This document shows, piece after piece, positions 63,365-64,000 of a stretch of 64,000 bases of DNA. Position numbers and translations under genes: made by a program. This DNA comes from a virus (lineage: Duplodnaviria; Caudoviricetes): positions 21,152 to 85,151 of the IMG/VR virus record IMGVR_UViG_3300011806_000001; one strand, written 5' to 3'. The notes below the pieces were generated by a model, which saw nothing but the letters and a program-made list of their open reading frames with translations, did not search any database and was not told the origin of the DNA. The number at the start of each line of letters is the position of its first letter. Position 1 is the stretch's first letter.

Positions 63365-63885
63365 TCACGCCCGACGCGCTCCGCCAGTACCATCGCGCCT
63401 TGGCACGCTACTGCCTCGCTGTTGCCGGGGAATGCACGGCGCCGGAGCTGCTGGAGCAGATGGGTATGGTGGCGCTCGATGCCGGTCATCCGCGCGAGGC
63501 CTTGATCGCATCCACAGCGGCCGTCGCCGGGCTCCTGCGCGAACTTGATGGTCTGGGCCACGTCGAACGGCGGAACAATAAGCACAGCCCTCGGGACGGG
63601 CGTGGTGTACCGGTGTGGGCAGCGCGCGGCGAGCTCGTGGTGGTAGTGCCCCGGTCGCCGGCGTCGCAGCTGGCCACCAGCGGCACGACCGATCAGGCCG
63701 CGCCATCGCCGTTCAAGACGCTATCCCTGGACCAGCGCCTGGCTTTCATGCAGATCGAGCTGGAAACGTGGATCAGCGAGCGAGAGCGCGAGCACGCTGC
63801 GGCGATGGAGAAGGCGCGCCAAGAGTGGGACGCGCTCCGGGAGCGCATGAAGCGGGTGCTGCAGGTAGTGGAGCCGCGCGCATGA
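63361..63885 (+). CDS. Hypothetical protein
   Basis: ATGA coupling; C-terminal coiled coil. Confidence 0.6.
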   Translation: MITPDALRQYHRALARYCLAVAGECTAPELLEQMGMVALDAGHPREALIASTAAVAGLLRELDGLGHVERRNNKHSPRDGRGVPVWAARGELVVVVPRSPASQLATSGTTDQAAPSPFKTLSLDQRLAFMQIELETWISEREREHAAAMEKARQEWDALRERMKRVLQVVEPRA

Positions 63886-64000
63886 AGAAGGGAACGCGCG
63901 CGCTGCGCTACTCCAGCACCGCCGACATGCCCGAGGGCATGCGCAAGCTTCTGGGCAAGGCGGGAAGTGCCGCCGGCGCGGATGCGACTACGGCAGCGCG
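63882..64000 (+). CDS. Hypothetical protein, truncated by the window end
   Basis: ATGA overlap with the previous gene, open to the edge. Confidence 0.5.
   Translation, partial: MKKGTRALRYSSTADMPEGMRKLLGKAGSAAGADATTAA

Larger units (their letters stand above)
51939..64000. mobile_element. Prophage P3 (lambdoid), left/early part, continues beyond the window
   Basis: int-xis next to att, RdgC, CI(S24)/Cro, O/P-like replication genes. Confidence 0.9.

Overview
GC-rich bacterial DNA, probably Xanthomonadaceae such as Stenotrophomonas (inferred from gene content and the tRNA-Lys fragment, not verified). The whole window is prophage: three different temperate phages lie head-to-tail at one tRNA-Lys(UUU) site, separated by a 58-bp direct repeat (12664-12721 = 51939-51996). 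P1 (<1-12.7 kb) is the late end of a podovirus-like prophage: ejection proteins, terminase, SAR lysis cassette and two tail fibres. P2 (12.7-52.0 kb, about 39.3 kb) is an apparently complete siphovirus-like prophage: integrase, immunity region, primase plus VapE-type ATPase, lambda-type terminase/portal, ClpP-capsid fusion and tail. P2 carries cargo at both ends: an uncharacterised soluble + 4-TM gene pair, and DarTG plus SRAP. P3 (51.9 kb to the end) is the early half of a lambdoid prophage: integrase, RdgC, CI/Cro and O/P-like replication genes. Best leads: (i) an ejection protein carrying a lytic transglycosylase and a rearranged zeta-toxin-like kinase; (ii) the att-proximal two-gene cassette, a candidate defence system; (iii) a conserved leaderless micro-gene with a dyad operator next to attR in two unrelated prophages; (iv) a lipoprotein endolysin. 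All family assignments come from motif recognition by eye; no database searches were run.
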